Positions 44,428 to 55,589 of a stretch of 64,000 nucleotides of DNA are shown here, piece by piece. This DNA comes from Schizochytrium sp. TIO01 (lineage: Eukaryota; Protista; Bigyra: Labyrinthulomycetes), in NCBI GenBank assembly GCA_004764695.1, contig SMSO01000025.1, forward strand, positions 4,504,862 through 4,568,861, in the 5' to 3' direction. The notes beneath the pieces were generated by a model. The model made no database searches. It was given only the letters and a program-made list of their open reading frames with translations, and was not told the DNA's origin. The translations under genes and the position numbers were made by a program. The stretch's first letter is position 1; every line of letters begins with the position of its first letter.

Positions 44428-47400
44428 ATGTTACAGCCTAAATTAAAACGCAAGGATACGAGCATGTTCGGGCGCTTTGTGCGCTCGTGGTGTAAAAGAC
44501 CATCGGGCAAAACCTTATTCCTAGGCTTGACTGTAATTCTTCCTTGTCTGCTCTGGATTATTATGGCGCGCCAGGTTCTTCTCGATGCAGCACCCTCGAA
44601 TGATCAAAGTAAAGAATCTCCGCTTATTAGTGTTCCAACCCTTGGTAGGGGCTCTAAGCGTAGCGAAGATCCATGTTTGGAGCAGATGACGCGACATTTG
44701 AAGTCCAGGCAGCGGTTAGAGAAACTTGCAGCTTCTGATGATTGTCCCAAGGTCCATACCTGGATCCCTGATCTTTACAAAGAAAGGAAGGGACGATATC
44801 TGGTCATTGTTATGGCTAACCCTATCTCCATGTGGCAGCTTGAGCACTGGATTGGATACTCCTGGCTTGATGTTGGCATTATTGTTGACCCTATTGTCAA
44901 TCCTGACGTGCACATCTCCAAGCGTGCGATATCACTTGCTAAGTGGATTTTTAATGATTCCACCAGTAAGAAAAACCTGAACTTCTCAGGAAAAGAATCG
45001 AAGTGGACTGCTATTGGACGTGCGCTCCAAATGAGAGTCTGGCGAAGCTATGAATTTGTGTGGATGCCCGATGCACAAGTTCGAATGAACCCCACTCAAG
45101 TTCGACGCATGTTTGAAATTGCATCCGCCAATCATGTGCGCATTGGTTACCCAGCGCGCGGCCGAATTCTCCAGGTCGAGTCAGACTTTCATCGCGAAGA
45201 AGAGCTGCAGTCAGTCGATTTAAACAACTCTCAGCCTGTCATGCATTTCGAAGAACGCGTCAACCTAGAAGCCCCCTTTTTGCGTGGCGACGTTCTCCAG
45301 GTTGTCCGCCAGTACTTTCAAAGTTCCGCTATGCTTATTACACTTTGTGCAATGGAAATTATCTGGCCCATTTTTCTTGGTGAAAAGGGCCCGAACGTCG
45401 CTGTGATTGACTCCACCAAGTATTCTTCGCTTCTCGATGTCGATGCAAAGCCATGGTTCCGTATTAAGTGTCTTGATGTGGCTCAAACGCGCACAGAGCC
45501 CATCATGCTTGGGGACTATTTTGAACACCAGCGTAATGCTCTGGGATCATTAGGGTGGTGCCATAAGGAAGAAGATGCGACTTCCAGCAAGCAGGTCGCA
45601 TTTTTGGGAGATGAGTCAAAACAAGCTACGCTAATTATGGACCCCACAATAACACCATCATGGCTTTCTACGGCAGCTTTGGAAAAAGTTCGTTGGAAAA
45701 CTCTCATTTTTTTATACCTTGGGTCTACATCGAATCAACTTCAAACAATGGAAAACATTCAAAACTGGGCTGGTTATCAGACCTTTGACCTTGTCGTAAT
45801 CTGTGACGAAAACACGCAAAATTGTGACGCTGCAAAATCGTACGCAGATATCTACCTCGTGGATGAACCCGATCTGGGCCTGAGCAAGTTTGAGCGGGTG
45901 CGCTGGGGACTCAACCGCGTTGCTGGTTGGAAGAACGAGTATGAATATGTATGGATCCCTGATGATGACATATCGATGACAGCTCTTGAGGTTCAGAATC
46001 TTGTCAATGGTGCAACACGCTTCAATTTGCGTCTTGCTCACCCAGCCTATGCAGGTCCTCTTATTGGTCAGAAGGTAACCTCGGGCAAAGGACTCCCGTC
46101 AACGTCACACCACAAGTCAACGTCAGCTGGGAAGATGGATTCTTATACTTTTGACGGCCGCGCTACTGTTGACCGTGTGCATGTTGACCATGCAGTTCGT
46201 ATTGTATCTCGTGTTCCAATGATTGCCCCTCTGATTCGTGTCGATGCTCTGGCGTATATCGTTTCAACGCTCCGTGGTCATGGCGAATATCTTTCCTCCC
46301 TTTGGCCACAACTTATACGTGATGTTCCTGTCGGAGTTGTAGATATTGCTCCCTATCGCCAAACAGGTGCTGGTACATCCGAAGTCGTGGCGACGATCGA
46401 ACATTCACGTGCAGTGCCTTCCTGGGTAAAGGGTTTTGGGTGCCCCATTACTATACCGGTGAAGCAATTCAAATCTTACACAAAATTTCAGTTTCACGCG
46501 ACGATTCGCCAGAATGCTGATGTGGATTGGTGTGTGGGCCTTGGGTTTTCACGATGGATTAGAGATTCAACCAATCCTCAAAATAATTACAGCAACCCTA
46601 TGCATTCTATTGGATGGGAAAAGGAAGTTCTCCAGGAAATGCTGATTGACCCAACGTTGCCACCTTTATGGTTTGGCACGCAGCGCTTGGCCCCCCTCGT
46701 CGGTCACAACCTCGTTATTGTGGTTGCGGGCGACGATAGTATCCACACTCGCTGGAATGATAACCCGAACTTTGACCTCTGTGTTGTTTACTTTGGCAGT
46801 GATCCCGAAATCTTTCGCCGCTACAAGGCTAGTGCCACCTATGCTTTCCAGAAGAAAGACATGAAGTGGCAGCTTGTACGCCATGCTCTTAATAATGTCC
46901 CTTGGCGCGATTATGAGTATGTCTGGCTCCCGGACGACGATGTTGATATGGATCCTGCCTCTGTTGATAGAATGTTTCGTTTGGCCCATCTCTATGATCT
47001 GCGGCTTGGTCAGCCTGCAATTTATGATTTTGGCGTGCATTATATGGATCATGTTGTGCGTGGTTCGTGGGCAGTTCACTTCATCAACTTTGTTGAGATC
47101 ATGGCTCCCTTTCTTCGAGTTGACGCACTCGAGTACCTGTTCCCACTCTGGAATGTTGATCACGTTTACTCTGGCTACGGCTTGGATACAATTTGGCCGC
47201 AACTACTGCGTATGACAAATATTGGTGTTGTTGATGCCGCGCCATTTAACCACACTGGTGGCCGTATTATAGGTGGCAAGAATAACACATTTTACAACCG
47301 CCTTAAAGTTGATGCTGGTACAGAGGAGCGCCGCACAGTTCATCCTTATGATTGTAAAATGTTGTGGAATGTTACGAAAATATCCAACTATGTTACTGTC

Positions 47401-47592
47401 GCCGCTCACAACAGAAATCACCCTGATATGAAGCTGACTAAGCAAATCATTGTACCCTCGCGCGTCAATCGACGAATCAAGCAGATCACAGCCTTCAACT
47501 TAGCCAACAAATACCGTGAGGCACAGAATCAGCAGGTGCTACCCAAAAAGTTCACTATTGTTCGCCCACTCAAGCCTAAACTTGGGGCATAG
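44428..47592 (+). CDS. Type II membrane glycosyltransferase-like protein with three tandem DUF707-like (GT-A) domains
   Basis: 1054 aa. Short basic N-terminus, then one TM helix (LFLGLTVILPCLLWIIMA), then three homologous units with YEFVWMPDAQV, YEYVWIPDDDI and YEYVWLPDDDV. Unit 3 also has LRLGQPAI, NFVEIMAPFL, SGYGLDTIWP and IGVVDA...HT. Confidence 0.8.
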   Translation: MLQPKLKRKDTSMFGRFVRSWCKRPSGKTLFLGLTVILPCLLWIIMARQVLLDAAPSNDQSKESPLISVPTLGRGSKRSEDPCLEQMTRHLKSRQRLEKLAASDDCPKVHTWIPDLYKERKGRYLVIVMANPISMWQLEHWIGYSWLDVGIIVDPIVNPDVHISKRAISLAKWIFNDSTSKKNLNFSGKESKWTAIGRALQMRVWRSYEFVWMPDAQVRMNPTQVRRMFEIASANHVRIGYPARGRILQVESDFHREEELQSVDLNNSQPVMHFEERVNLEAPFLRGDVLQVVRQYFQSSAMLITLCAMEIIWPIFLGEKGPNVAVIDSTKYSSLLDVDAKPWFRIKCLDVAQTRTEPIMLGDYFEHQRNALGSLGWCHKEEDATSSKQVAFLGDESKQATLIMDPTITPSWLSTAALEKVRWKTLIFLYLGSTSNQLQTMENIQNWAGYQTFDLVVICDENTQNCDAAKSYADIYLVDEPDLGLSKFERVRWGLNRVAGWKNEYEYVWIPDDDISMTALEVQNLVNGATRFNLRLAHPAYAGPLIGQKVTSGKGLPSTSHHKSTSAGKMDSYTFDGRATVDRVHVDHAVRIVSRVPMIAPLIRVDALAYIVSTLRGHGEYLSSLWPQLIRDVPVGVVDIAPYRQTGAGTSEVVATIEHSRAVPSWVKGFGCPITIPVKQFKSYTKFQFHATIRQNADVDWCVGLGFSRWIRDSTNPQNNYSNPMHSIGWEKEVLQEMLIDPTLPPLWFGTQRLAPLVGHNLVIVVAGDDSIHTRWNDNPNFDLCVVYFGSDPEIFRRYKASATYAFQKKDMKWQLVRHALNNVPWRDYEYVWLPDDDVDMDPASVDRMFRLAHLYDLRLGQPAIYDFGVHYMDHVVRGSWAVHFINFVEIMAPFLRVDALEYLFPLWNVDHVYSGYGLDTIWPQLLRMTNIGVVDAAPFNHTGGRIIGGKNNTFYNRLKVDAGTEERRTVHPYDCKMLWNVTKISNYVTVAAHNRNHPDMKLTKQIIVPSRVNRRIKQITAFNLANKYREAQNQQVLPKKFTIVRPLKPKLGA

Positions 47593-47975
47593 CCAAAACA
47601 GAATGCATTGTTTTAATAAGCTGTGTATAATTCCATGCCCTCTATTCCGATGCTCGCGCACAAACATAGAATAAACGCAGAATACAAATATTAGTTTTAT
47701 GCTTATTTAAAATAAAGTACAGCACGCGAAGCATTTTCACCAATCATTACTATACGTTTGTAGAACTACCAATCAAGTATTCTCGATTTTTTCTGGATTA
47801 AAAAAAAGCAAAGAATGAAGACCAATGTTTAACATAGGTAGGTGCAACAGTTCGTGTTTCTATTTTCAGTGATAATTGAGATAAAATCGATTTAGCTATA
47901 TAATATCTACTAGTTGAGGGAAATCTCGAAATGAAATTTCTTAAGCATGCGCACCACCTTTCGTCTATCTTTTTA

Positions 47976-50900
47976 CTACTGCTTAACACCTTGAAGATAC
48001 GTTTTCATTGAAGTTTGCAATGATGTCATGGCAGGGGGCGAAAGAGTTTGAACAACATTCCTAAATTGTTCTGCTCTATTCGTAGCAATAAAGACCAAAG
48101 CGGCCTGAGCTGCAAGCAAACTTTCTTCCTTCAAAACCTTCGAGCCATGACCTTCTGCAAGAGACAGTGCCATAATGACAACAAGCTGAGTAAGCTCACC
48201 TACAGGTTTACAACAATGAGCTAGAGTCAAAATCGCACTACCCTGTAATGTATTCTCAGCAAGACGTTCATCGACTACACTTTCTGGGCAGAAACGAGCT
48301 TCGAGAGAAAAACACGCAGTTGCATTTTCCTCATCTAGATCTACGCCACGTACTATTTGGGATAGTCCTGGTCCAATTAAACTAACAACTCGCTGGACAG
48401 CGGCCGCATTGACATTGTCGTCACCGATAAGGCACCGCACAGCTGCTAAAGTCAGTACCACAGTAGTTGCAGAGAATTTGGCTGTATCTACCAAACAGCT
48501 TAATTTGAAAGCAAATGCGTTGAACTCAGCATCGTTAAGAATCTGGTATAATTGCACACTGCAGACCATTCGGCAGATCATGTCCAAAGTAGAAACATTT
48601 TTGTTGTCGATTCCATCACGTTGAAAATCTTCAAGCAATCCAAGAGCCCACCCAAAGAGAGAAGCACCGAGCTCTGGAACGTAAGTTAAAAGTTCTCTGC
48701 AAGCTGTTTGCGCTGCCTCCAAAAGCTCGGGTTTAGGCGGGCGTTGAATAACCACAAACGCATTCCATGCAAGGATTTGGGTATACTGTTTTGCACAGGA
48801 TGCGGGAAAGGCCTTCGCGAGCGCACCAAAGTCTGCTAATGCCCGTGCTGCAACGTGGGACAAAACAGTGCTTTTAGCTCCTATCATGCTTCTAGCAACA
48901 GCTTCCTTTGATACTGTATGTACTACGGCACCAGAAAGATCCTTGTAGGATTTTACTTGTGCTTTGAGGTCACCTCCCACCAGAGCTTGGACAGGCAGTA
49001 GAACGGCCTCCACAAGGTGGTGCCAGCTCTCAGATGCATTTTCTGGCTCTGTGCACTTTTCTTCAACATCATCTCCATGAGAATTGCTATCTTGAGAGAT
49101 ACAACGCATACGAATGACCTCAGAAATTACATGATATGCTTGAATTGCAACAAACTCGCCGTGTGTGATCTTATACGTTGCTTCATCACGAAGTACGCGC
49201 AAGCTAGTAAGGATTGCAATATCTTCACATTCCCTCGTGTCTGCTTTTATGACAGGCAAAGCTAGAGCAATCGTCTGGAAGATTGTTCCGAGCGCCAGAG
49301 GTGGCCAGTCCATGGGCTGGGCGCGTGCTGCAAGAATAAGTGCTGTACGTAAAACTAACTCTTGATCAATTGTGCGTTTTGGTAGAACCTCTGCCAAGGT
49401 GCAAAGAGCACGGTTTACCACCCAGGCGGCATTTAGGTATGCTGGAAAGACTGCAACAGCATCCGAGGCATCGACGAGGCTAAATGCATCTACTCCATGC
49501 TGCTTTTCGGTCGCCAAAGGAACAGCTAGTTTGGCAACATCATGAACTACACCAGCCCACGCATCTACCAGGTCTTCTTGCCGTTTTACTGTACCGTCAG
49601 AGACTTCTTTTGACATGAAGTCTAGTAGAGCCTTCTCGATAATGGCTTTAATGCCCTTCTTTTTAGATGGTTTATTACGAAGGGCCTTGGGGACATGCAA
49701 ACTGCGAAGGGTTTTTGTGGGCGAAATGGTGTCACAACCATGTGCAAAGAGCCAAAGTCGAGCAAGAGGGATGAGGCGTAGAATTAGTAATTCAGCTTGG
49801 ACAAATGAAGGCATCTGATCCATGTCAACGCGATCATCTGTATTCTCAACAGTGGCACTCAAGTCTTCCTCGTCGTCATCTTCATCTGGTGAACTGATTT
49901 GGGAAGGCAGTAGTAGACCCACAATCCTGCGTGCGCTTGTTGAGACGCCGGTGACAAGAAGCTGCACTGCAAGGATGCCCACAAATGGAAGCACAAGCGG
50001 AGATGCGTTTTTACCAAGACCGGGCCCTAGAGTTGCAGTAAGCTGCATTTCAAATTGCTTAAGGACCGAATCCTCTGGTTGGAATTTATCACGGCTACTA
50101 GCAAACATACGCACAATCTCGACCAAGGCACAGTAACCCTGGATAGAAAGCTGCGGAACTTCCGCACTTTGAATGGTTCCATTGGCTGCTTGCGAGGCAC
50201 CAGCTAAGAGCTCCCGGAGATGCATGCAGATGAACTGACCGCGTACGGGCAAATCGACCTTGCGAAGTACATTCTCGGCTTCTTCTAGATCACAGTGAAA
50301 AGGATAGGTTTTGGCAATGCCGAGAACCTCAAGCAAGCCTTCAACAGCAAGAACTTTGGTCTCCCAGGAGCACTTACTCAAAACACGGTCACAAACTTCA
50401 AATAGAGTAGCCTCAACAGCACTATACACATTAGCGCTCCTATCTGTAGATACAGATACCGACATACCCATGCCAGAGGCAGTTGATCCTGTAACATCTC
50501 CTTCATCGTCATCATCGTCATCATCATCGTCATCGTTTCCATAACTCATACCATGACTATTCCCGCCTGTAGCAGCTTTTCCATTTTCAGCATCATGTGT
50601 AGAGATACTTTGGCCCAGGGCATCCGTCATGCCAGTCATAACTCCACGGAAAAATTTCATCCAGTCCGTGAGGGCAGAAACGCCAACAAGCTCGCTGGCA
50701 TTCCATGCATGATCTTTGCGTTCGGAAGAGCGCATTTTCATATGACTTAGACCTACAAACTTCAATAGGTTTCGCAGAGCAACTACGCGAGATTCCGAAA
50801 CCTCGCAAAGAGCATACGGGTCAACAGATCGAGTAGAGAGACCGACTCCAGATGTCGAGGAATCAAATCCTAACTTTCCACGTACACTAGCTGTGTCGTA

Positions 50901-53900
50901 AGAGTCAGACCCGCTACTAGTATTGAATGTAGGCAGCTGAGACTTGCTGCCTGTATCGCGGAAAGCAACATTGGCAGCGTGGATCAGAAGCGGTTCGGTA
51001 GAGCTATTGGGGCGCCTTGACCGGCTTAAAAGCACGGCACCATGTCCGAGGGAGGATGCAGGTGGAATAATCCAGTCCTGGCAAAGCGAGCCACGGAAGA
51101 CCAATTCGAATGATAAAAGGCTTAATGCGCCACGCAGAAGGTCCATGCCTGAGCTTTCCTCGTCAGTCATACGTTCTGTAAGCAAGGAGAGAGCCTGCAG
51201 AGCGGCCATTCGAACAGCTGGCCGGGATTGCTCCTGAACATCCATGATCAGATCCAACAAGAAGAGTTTCACGCGCTCACGGTCACAGGAATGTTGCATG
51301 ATAAGCGAGGGGTGAAAGAGAAGAATTTGTTGAACAAGGCGCGTTAGCTCGAGCTGCAGCATCGGGTCATTTGAATCAGCATTTCGCAATGCCTCCCAGA
51401 CATTGAGAAACCGTACAGAATCAAGGTCAGGCCTTGCAAGTTCAGGGCCCAGGCCTTCAATAAGAGAATTTGCGAGACGAGCAAGGCAGGTAAGCGTACC
51501 CATACTAACACGCGCAGCGCCGAAGTTACCGCATTCGTAGTGTCCATCAAGAGCAAGCAAATGAGCATTGATCAAGGCAAAGCTTGGCCCGACAAATTTG
51601 TACACGTCAATTCCTGCACTTTCTACAACAACTTGCCATGCATGCAAGGCAGTTGTACGGATTGGCTGAATTGTGAGCTTGCACATATCATAAACAAGAG
51701 TGTTCTTGATGTAGCGAGTGTCGTGCATGCTTGCCTCCCTACGAATCAAAGCAAACGCAAGTACAATTCCTGCTTTCGTGGAAGGCGACACTGAAACCGC
51801 ACTTCGCTGAGCAGGGGTTTTGGTTGCTGTACTCGCTGCACCTTTACCCTTGGTTGTATCTTCCTCGCCATCTAATTTGCGCCGCAGGGTTTGGAAGGTG
51901 GCAAATCCCACTGAAGGCCCTGCCAGGCGAGTTAATATAGCGAGTCCAGATGCGCACGCCTGTCTTACGAGGCTATGGTTACTTGCAATGGCTACGCAAA
52001 AGATGCTCCGTACGCGACCTACCCAAGGCGCCTTTTTATGATCTACTTCGGCGTGCATATTAGCAAGGGTATTTAGAAAGGCCAAAAGAGCAGTGACACC
52101 ATTGTGCAACGCAACATGTTGCGCCTCTCCGGCGCGCCGCTTTAACAAAGTAAACAGGTAATGCACAAAGTTGGCTCGGTCCTTATCATCAAACAGGCTT
52201 GTCAGAACTACCGAGGAGAATGCGACGGCTGCATCTACACAATTCTGCGCTGTCTTCGGCGAATTGACGCGCACCATTCCACAGGCAGGAGCAGAATCGA
52301 TGAGTTCGCTGGACTCAAGAGAGAGTCTAATTGCCCCTGAAGGTGGTGTAGGGTTTCCACTACCAAAACTACAAGGTGGGCCCATCGCAACAGCAGAGTG
52401 AGAAGCGTTACAGGAGAGACTAGTCATACATGAGGCAGCTGATAAATAGGCCTCCTGAGCACTCAATAATCTGGCGCTCATAAACAGTTCTCGCGAAGGT
52501 GATGCAGGTATGACCTCCTCGAAACGCCATTGCTTGCGTCCCAGTGGTTCTCCCTCATCACCATCTCCACGAGTTGGGGATCCAGTCTCTAAGCTTGCTG
52601 TCTCGAGGACCTCATCACTAATTTTTAGTACACCGCTACGGAAGCTTAAAAGGGAGGACAAAGCTGTGGAAGGCATGCCCTTCCCTTCTTGGTGAGAACC
52701 CGCAGGACCCAAAAAGTAAGCCATGGCAAGACTCTGCAATGGAATGACAATTGTCTGCTTAAAAGTTCGAAGCTCTGCACGCGGTAACCAAGCGCAAATG
52801 TCAAAGAGTGCAGCATGGATCCCCATAAAAATATTTGCAAAAGGAAGCTCACGGACGCCCTTTCGCTGTGCTTGCACAACTTGCTCAACCAAGATGACCA
52901 CCGCGCGGCTGACTGCCGGCATGTCACGAAGAAGAGACTGATTACAACGTACAAAGCCAAGCATAGCATGGAGAGATGCTTGCAAGCAAATAAATGAAGC
53001 CTCCAAATGTCCATCTCTGAACAGCTCACTGGGGTTCTTAGCGTGTGCCACTCTTTCGAGCGCTGGAAGGCAAGCTTCGACTGAGGACTGCCAAGCCTGG
53101 AATAACTGGCCGAGGTTATCTGCACACCATTTCGCACCCAGCGTAACAAGAGCTCCAACAAGGGCCCAACCGCACGAGGCAATGCGAGCAGTTGCTTCTG
53201 GGCGGGTAGTGCCGTCGTGTTGGCGAGCAATCATTGACTTTGCGTGGCCCAGCAAAGCCATTGATGTGTTTTCGGGAATCCCCTTGAGGTCACCAGAAAG
53301 CAATGCTGTGCTACTATTTGGAACTTCATGACGAACAAAGTGAGCAGCAGCAGGAAGAAGCAAGTTCTCTTTCTCTAGAAAGGCTTCTGCAGATGTGCTT
53401 CGGGGCCGGCCATTAGCGCTCGATGAATATACAAAAACACAAAGAGCATGAACAAGTCCCTCGATGGCCTGCAATGTTCGATCGGCTTCCATGTTGAAGA
53501 GATCCATATCTAATGGTGAGGAGTTGCTTGGTGGGCCAGATGCCAAAGTCATAGCCAGCTCAGGTTGGTAAAGTCCCACAAGCTGTAGCAAAGGTAAAAT
53601 GCCGCGAGCCGCGTAACCTGGCTGAGTAATTGCACACACGTACAAAACATTGCAGCATTCGAGGCGCACTGCCGGGTCGCGGTGCTCTAGAAGAGGGAGC
53701 AGGACTTGGAAGTCAAGCTCCTGGAATAAAGCGCGTGATGCATCTCCTAGTGATGATAGTAAAAACGCTGCTTCTGAAAGACAAGCAGAAATGAAAAGAG
53801 GTCCATTTTCAAATTCAGCTTGAGCAGCCAAAGAGATTGAAGCCATTGTGCGACTTCCTCTTCGTTTCAGTGAAGAACGCTCGCCACGTGCACTCTTGCT

Positions 53901-55589
53901 CGAAGCCAATTGCTTTGTGCTGTAAGATAGCAATTGCCGAACAACTTCAATCTTGCCGCTCTCGGACATCTTCGCAGACAATGCGCGGCCCAAAACAAAA
54001 ATGGCTACTGCTCGCCTAAATGTGTCATCCCGTTCCCGGGCACTGTGTTTCAATGCATGTTTGTGAATATCATTGCAAATATTACGAACAAAAGCAAGGG
54101 TTGCAGTTATTACAAGATGTTGTTGCTCCATGTCTCCTGCGCGTTGCAAGTACCTCAAAAGCTCAACTGCTGCTTCGGCAAAAGCCATGCGAACTTCTAC
54201 AGATCGTTGTGTGGTCTCGTTGTCAGTCTGATTGCTCGGTAAGTCAGCACGCTTTTCAAGGAGGTCTGGGGTCCAAGAGTCAAATCCTACTGACAGTGCA
54301 TCTAGAGCAGTATGAAGAGTATATGACGTTGGAGCATCTGGTTTGGCTCTTACGCCAAGGCTGCCAAAGTTTGTTGGAAATGTGAAGCCACGTATTTTCG
54401 GCCCGCCCCTTGGCGACGCTGACCCTAAATTAAGCCCAGCGCTAAGCCGTGATGCTGCTGACGCTGCCGCACTTTTTGGTGCCATAATTCCCGAGCCTCC
54501 GCTCGCACCTCCATTCGAGGTTCCTCCACTACTTTCACTTCCTCCGCTCATCCCTGACGCCGTTGTAGATATCGACGAGCTAGATGACGACGAAGAGCTC
54601 GACGTTGAGCTAAGAGTTGTACTGATTTCCGCATCAGGTTCTCTCGGTTTGATTGGACCCGAGATCTCTACCGCAATACACAGCACTGCCCCAAGCGTTT
54701 TCGCATATGAAGATCTAACATGAGCAACTCGATCCTCCAAGCCTCGTTTGCTCAAAGTCACCACCTGGTCCAACGGCACCGAAGAGAATCTATCGCTTGC
54801 CAGAGCCAACGTTAGCACCGCCTCTGCCACAGCTGCTCTTACAGGAGGTGATTTATCCGAAGCTGCCCGAATCAAGATCTTGAGCGCTTCTGCGTGATTG
54901 GACCTTCCGGCAGTTTCGGAACCCTGGAGTCCGCTTGCAAGGGCCCTCACCGCGGCACATCTAAGAGCATTGTCGGCAGCCTTTGTTGACGCATTGGCTG
55001 CGGTACGGAAAATTCTAGCCACGTGTTGTGTAGTCTCTTTGAGGTGTCCAGCAAGCATGCGGCCTTGTTTACAGCTGGATATCTCGCCAAGACAATAAAA
55101 TGCGGCGGTCTTGCTATGAGCCGACAGCGCAGACTTAGGTCCAAGGTGGTCCTGTAGGTCGTTGGTGACAGCCATGATATTCCTCGCGTCGCCACGTTCC
55201 ATGAGCATGCGCAGAAGGCGCCCGACAAGCCTGTACATAGTTGGTGCAAGGCTCAGACTTGCGAGCTGCCCAACAATAAGCTCCATAAGGCATTTTTCGA
55301 CAGATGGCTGTACAAGGCGGAGGCGGTCACGGTGGCGTTGTTGCAACTCTGCTGGTGCATCTTCCGAGGGTTTCTCCGTGAGGCCTTCCATGAGTCTTCC
55401 TAGCTCAAAGAGCGTGTGAAAGGTCTTGACCTCGGCGGAATGTGCGCCACTTTTGCCTTGTTGAACGCCATTGCCCCTGCTACCGCTCGCCACGACTGCG
55501 TTCGTTGCAAGCAGCTCCGCTACGAGCAGTTGCACCTGTTCTGCTAGCAGGGCCTTGCCCGCGTCAGCATCTTTGGAGTCACGCTGCAT
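47976..55589 (-). CDS. HEATR5: HEAT repeat-containing protein 5 (HEATR5/Laa1/SWEETIE family, AP-1 accessory)
   Basis: 2537-aa alpha-solenoid. Family-like blocks: ASDKSPPVRAAVAE, IRTTALHAW, RLANSLIEGLGPEL, an acidic poly-D insertion followed by WETKVLAVEGL, HCDL, HLRELL, and LKQFEMQLTATLGPGL. Confidence 0.82.
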   Translation of the reverse strand: MQRDSKDADAGKALLAEQVQLLVAELLATNAVVASGSRGNGVQQGKSGAHSAEVKTFHTLFELGRLMEGLTEKPSEDAPAELQQRHRDRLRLVQPSVEKCLMELIVGQLASLSLAPTMYRLVGRLLRMLMERGDARNIMAVTNDLQDHLGPKSALSAHSKTAAFYCLGEISSCKQGRMLAGHLKETTQHVARIFRTAANASTKAADNALRCAAVRALASGLQGSETAGRSNHAEALKILIRAASDKSPPVRAAVAEAVLTLALASDRFSSVPLDQVVTLSKRGLEDRVAHVRSSYAKTLGAVLCIAVEISGPIKPREPDAEISTTLSSTSSSSSSSSSSISTTASGMSGGSESSGGTSNGGASGGSGIMAPKSAAASAASRLSAGLNLGSASPRGGPKIRGFTFPTNFGSLGVRAKPDAPTSYTLHTALDALSVGFDSWTPDLLEKRADLPSNQTDNETTQRSVEVRMAFAEAAVELLRYLQRAGDMEQQHLVITATLAFVRNICNDIHKHALKHSARERDDTFRRAVAIFVLGRALSAKMSESGKIEVVRQLLSYSTKQLASSKSARGERSSLKRRGSRTMASISLAAQAEFENGPLFISACLSEAAFLLSSLGDASRALFQELDFQVLLPLLEHRDPAVRLECCNVLYVCAITQPGYAARGILPLLQLVGLYQPELAMTLASGPPSNSSPLDMDLFNMEADRTLQAIEGLVHALCVFVYSSSANGRPRSTSAEAFLEKENLLLPAAAHFVRHEVPNSSTALLSGDLKGIPENTSMALLGHAKSMIARQHDGTTRPEATARIASCGWALVGALVTLGAKWCADNLGQLFQAWQSSVEACLPALERVAHAKNPSELFRDGHLEASFICLQASLHAMLGFVRCNQSLLRDMPAVSRAVVILVEQVVQAQRKGVRELPFANIFMGIHAALFDICAWLPRAELRTFKQTIVIPLQSLAMAYFLGPAGSHQEGKGMPSTALSSLLSFRSGVLKISDEVLETASLETGSPTRGDGDEGEPLGRKQWRFEEVIPASPSRELFMSARLLSAQEAYLSAASCMTSLSCNASHSAVAMGPPCSFGSGNPTPPSGAIRLSLESSELIDSAPACGMVRVNSPKTAQNCVDAAVAFSSVVLTSLFDDKDRANFVHYLFTLLKRRAGEAQHVALHNGVTALLAFLNTLANMHAEVDHKKAPWVGRVRSIFCVAIASNHSLVRQACASGLAILTRLAGPSVGFATFQTLRRKLDGEEDTTKGKGAASTATKTPAQRSAVSVSPSTKAGIVLAFALIRREASMHDTRYIKNTLVYDMCKLTIQPIRTTALHAWQVVVESAGIDVYKFVGPSFALINAHLLALDGHYECGNFGAARVSMGTLTCLARLANSLIEGLGPELARPDLDSVRFLNVWEALRNADSNDPMLQLELTRLVQQILLFHPSLIMQHSCDRERVKLFLLDLIMDVQEQSRPAVRMAALQALSLLTERMTDEESSGMDLLRGALSLLSFELVFRGSLCQDWIIPPASSLGHGAVLLSRSRRPNSSTEPLLIHAANVAFRDTGSKSQLPTFNTSSGSDSYDTASVRGKLGFDSSTSGVGLSTRSVDPYALCEVSESRVVALRNLLKFVGLSHMKMRSSERKDHAWNASELVGVSALTDWMKFFRGVMTGMTDALGQSISTHDAENGKAATGGNSHGMSYGNDDDDDDDDDDEGDVTGSTASGMGMSVSVSTDRSANVYSAVEATLFEVCDRVLSKCSWETKVLAVEGLLEVLGIAKTYPFHCDLEEAENVLRKVDLPVRGQFICMHLRELLAGASQAANGTIQSAEVPQLSIQGYCALVEIVRMFASSRDKFQPEDSVLKQFEMQLTATLGPGLGKNASPLVLPFVGILAVQLLVTGVSTSARRIVGLLLPSQISSPDEDDDEEDLSATVENTDDRVDMDQMPSFVQAELLILRLIPLARLWLFAHGCDTISPTKTLRSLHVPKALRNKPSKKKGIKAIIEKALLDFMSKEVSDGTVKRQEDLVDAWAGVVHDVAKLAVPLATEKQHGVDAFSLVDASDAVAVFPAYLNAAWVVNRALCTLAEVLPKRTIDQELVLRTALILAARAQPMDWPPLALGTIFQTIALALPVIKADTRECEDIAILTSLRVLRDEATYKITHGEFVAIQAYHVISEVIRMRCISQDSNSHGDDVEEKCTEPENASESWHHLVEAVLLPVQALVGGDLKAQVKSYKDLSGAVVHTVSKEAVARSMIGAKSTVLSHVAARALADFGALAKAFPASCAKQYTQILAWNAFVVIQRPPKPELLEAAQTACRELLTYVPELGASLFGWALGLLEDFQRDGIDNKNVSTLDMICRMVCSVQLYQILNDAEFNAFAFKLSCLVDTAKFSATTVVLTLAAVRCLIGDDNVNAAAVQRVVSLIGPGLSQIVRGVDLDEENATACFSLEARFCPESVVDERLAENTLQGSAILTLAHCCKPVGELTQLVVIMALSLAEGHGSKVLKEESLLAAQAALVFIATNRAEQFRNVVQTLSPPAMTSLQTSMKTYLQGVKQ

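Noticed and set aside
11101-55589. Functional cluster of trafficking genes (RME-8, Arf-like, HEATR5)
   Set aside because: They are widely spaced with unrelated genes between them, which is expected by chance in a compact eukaryotic genome.
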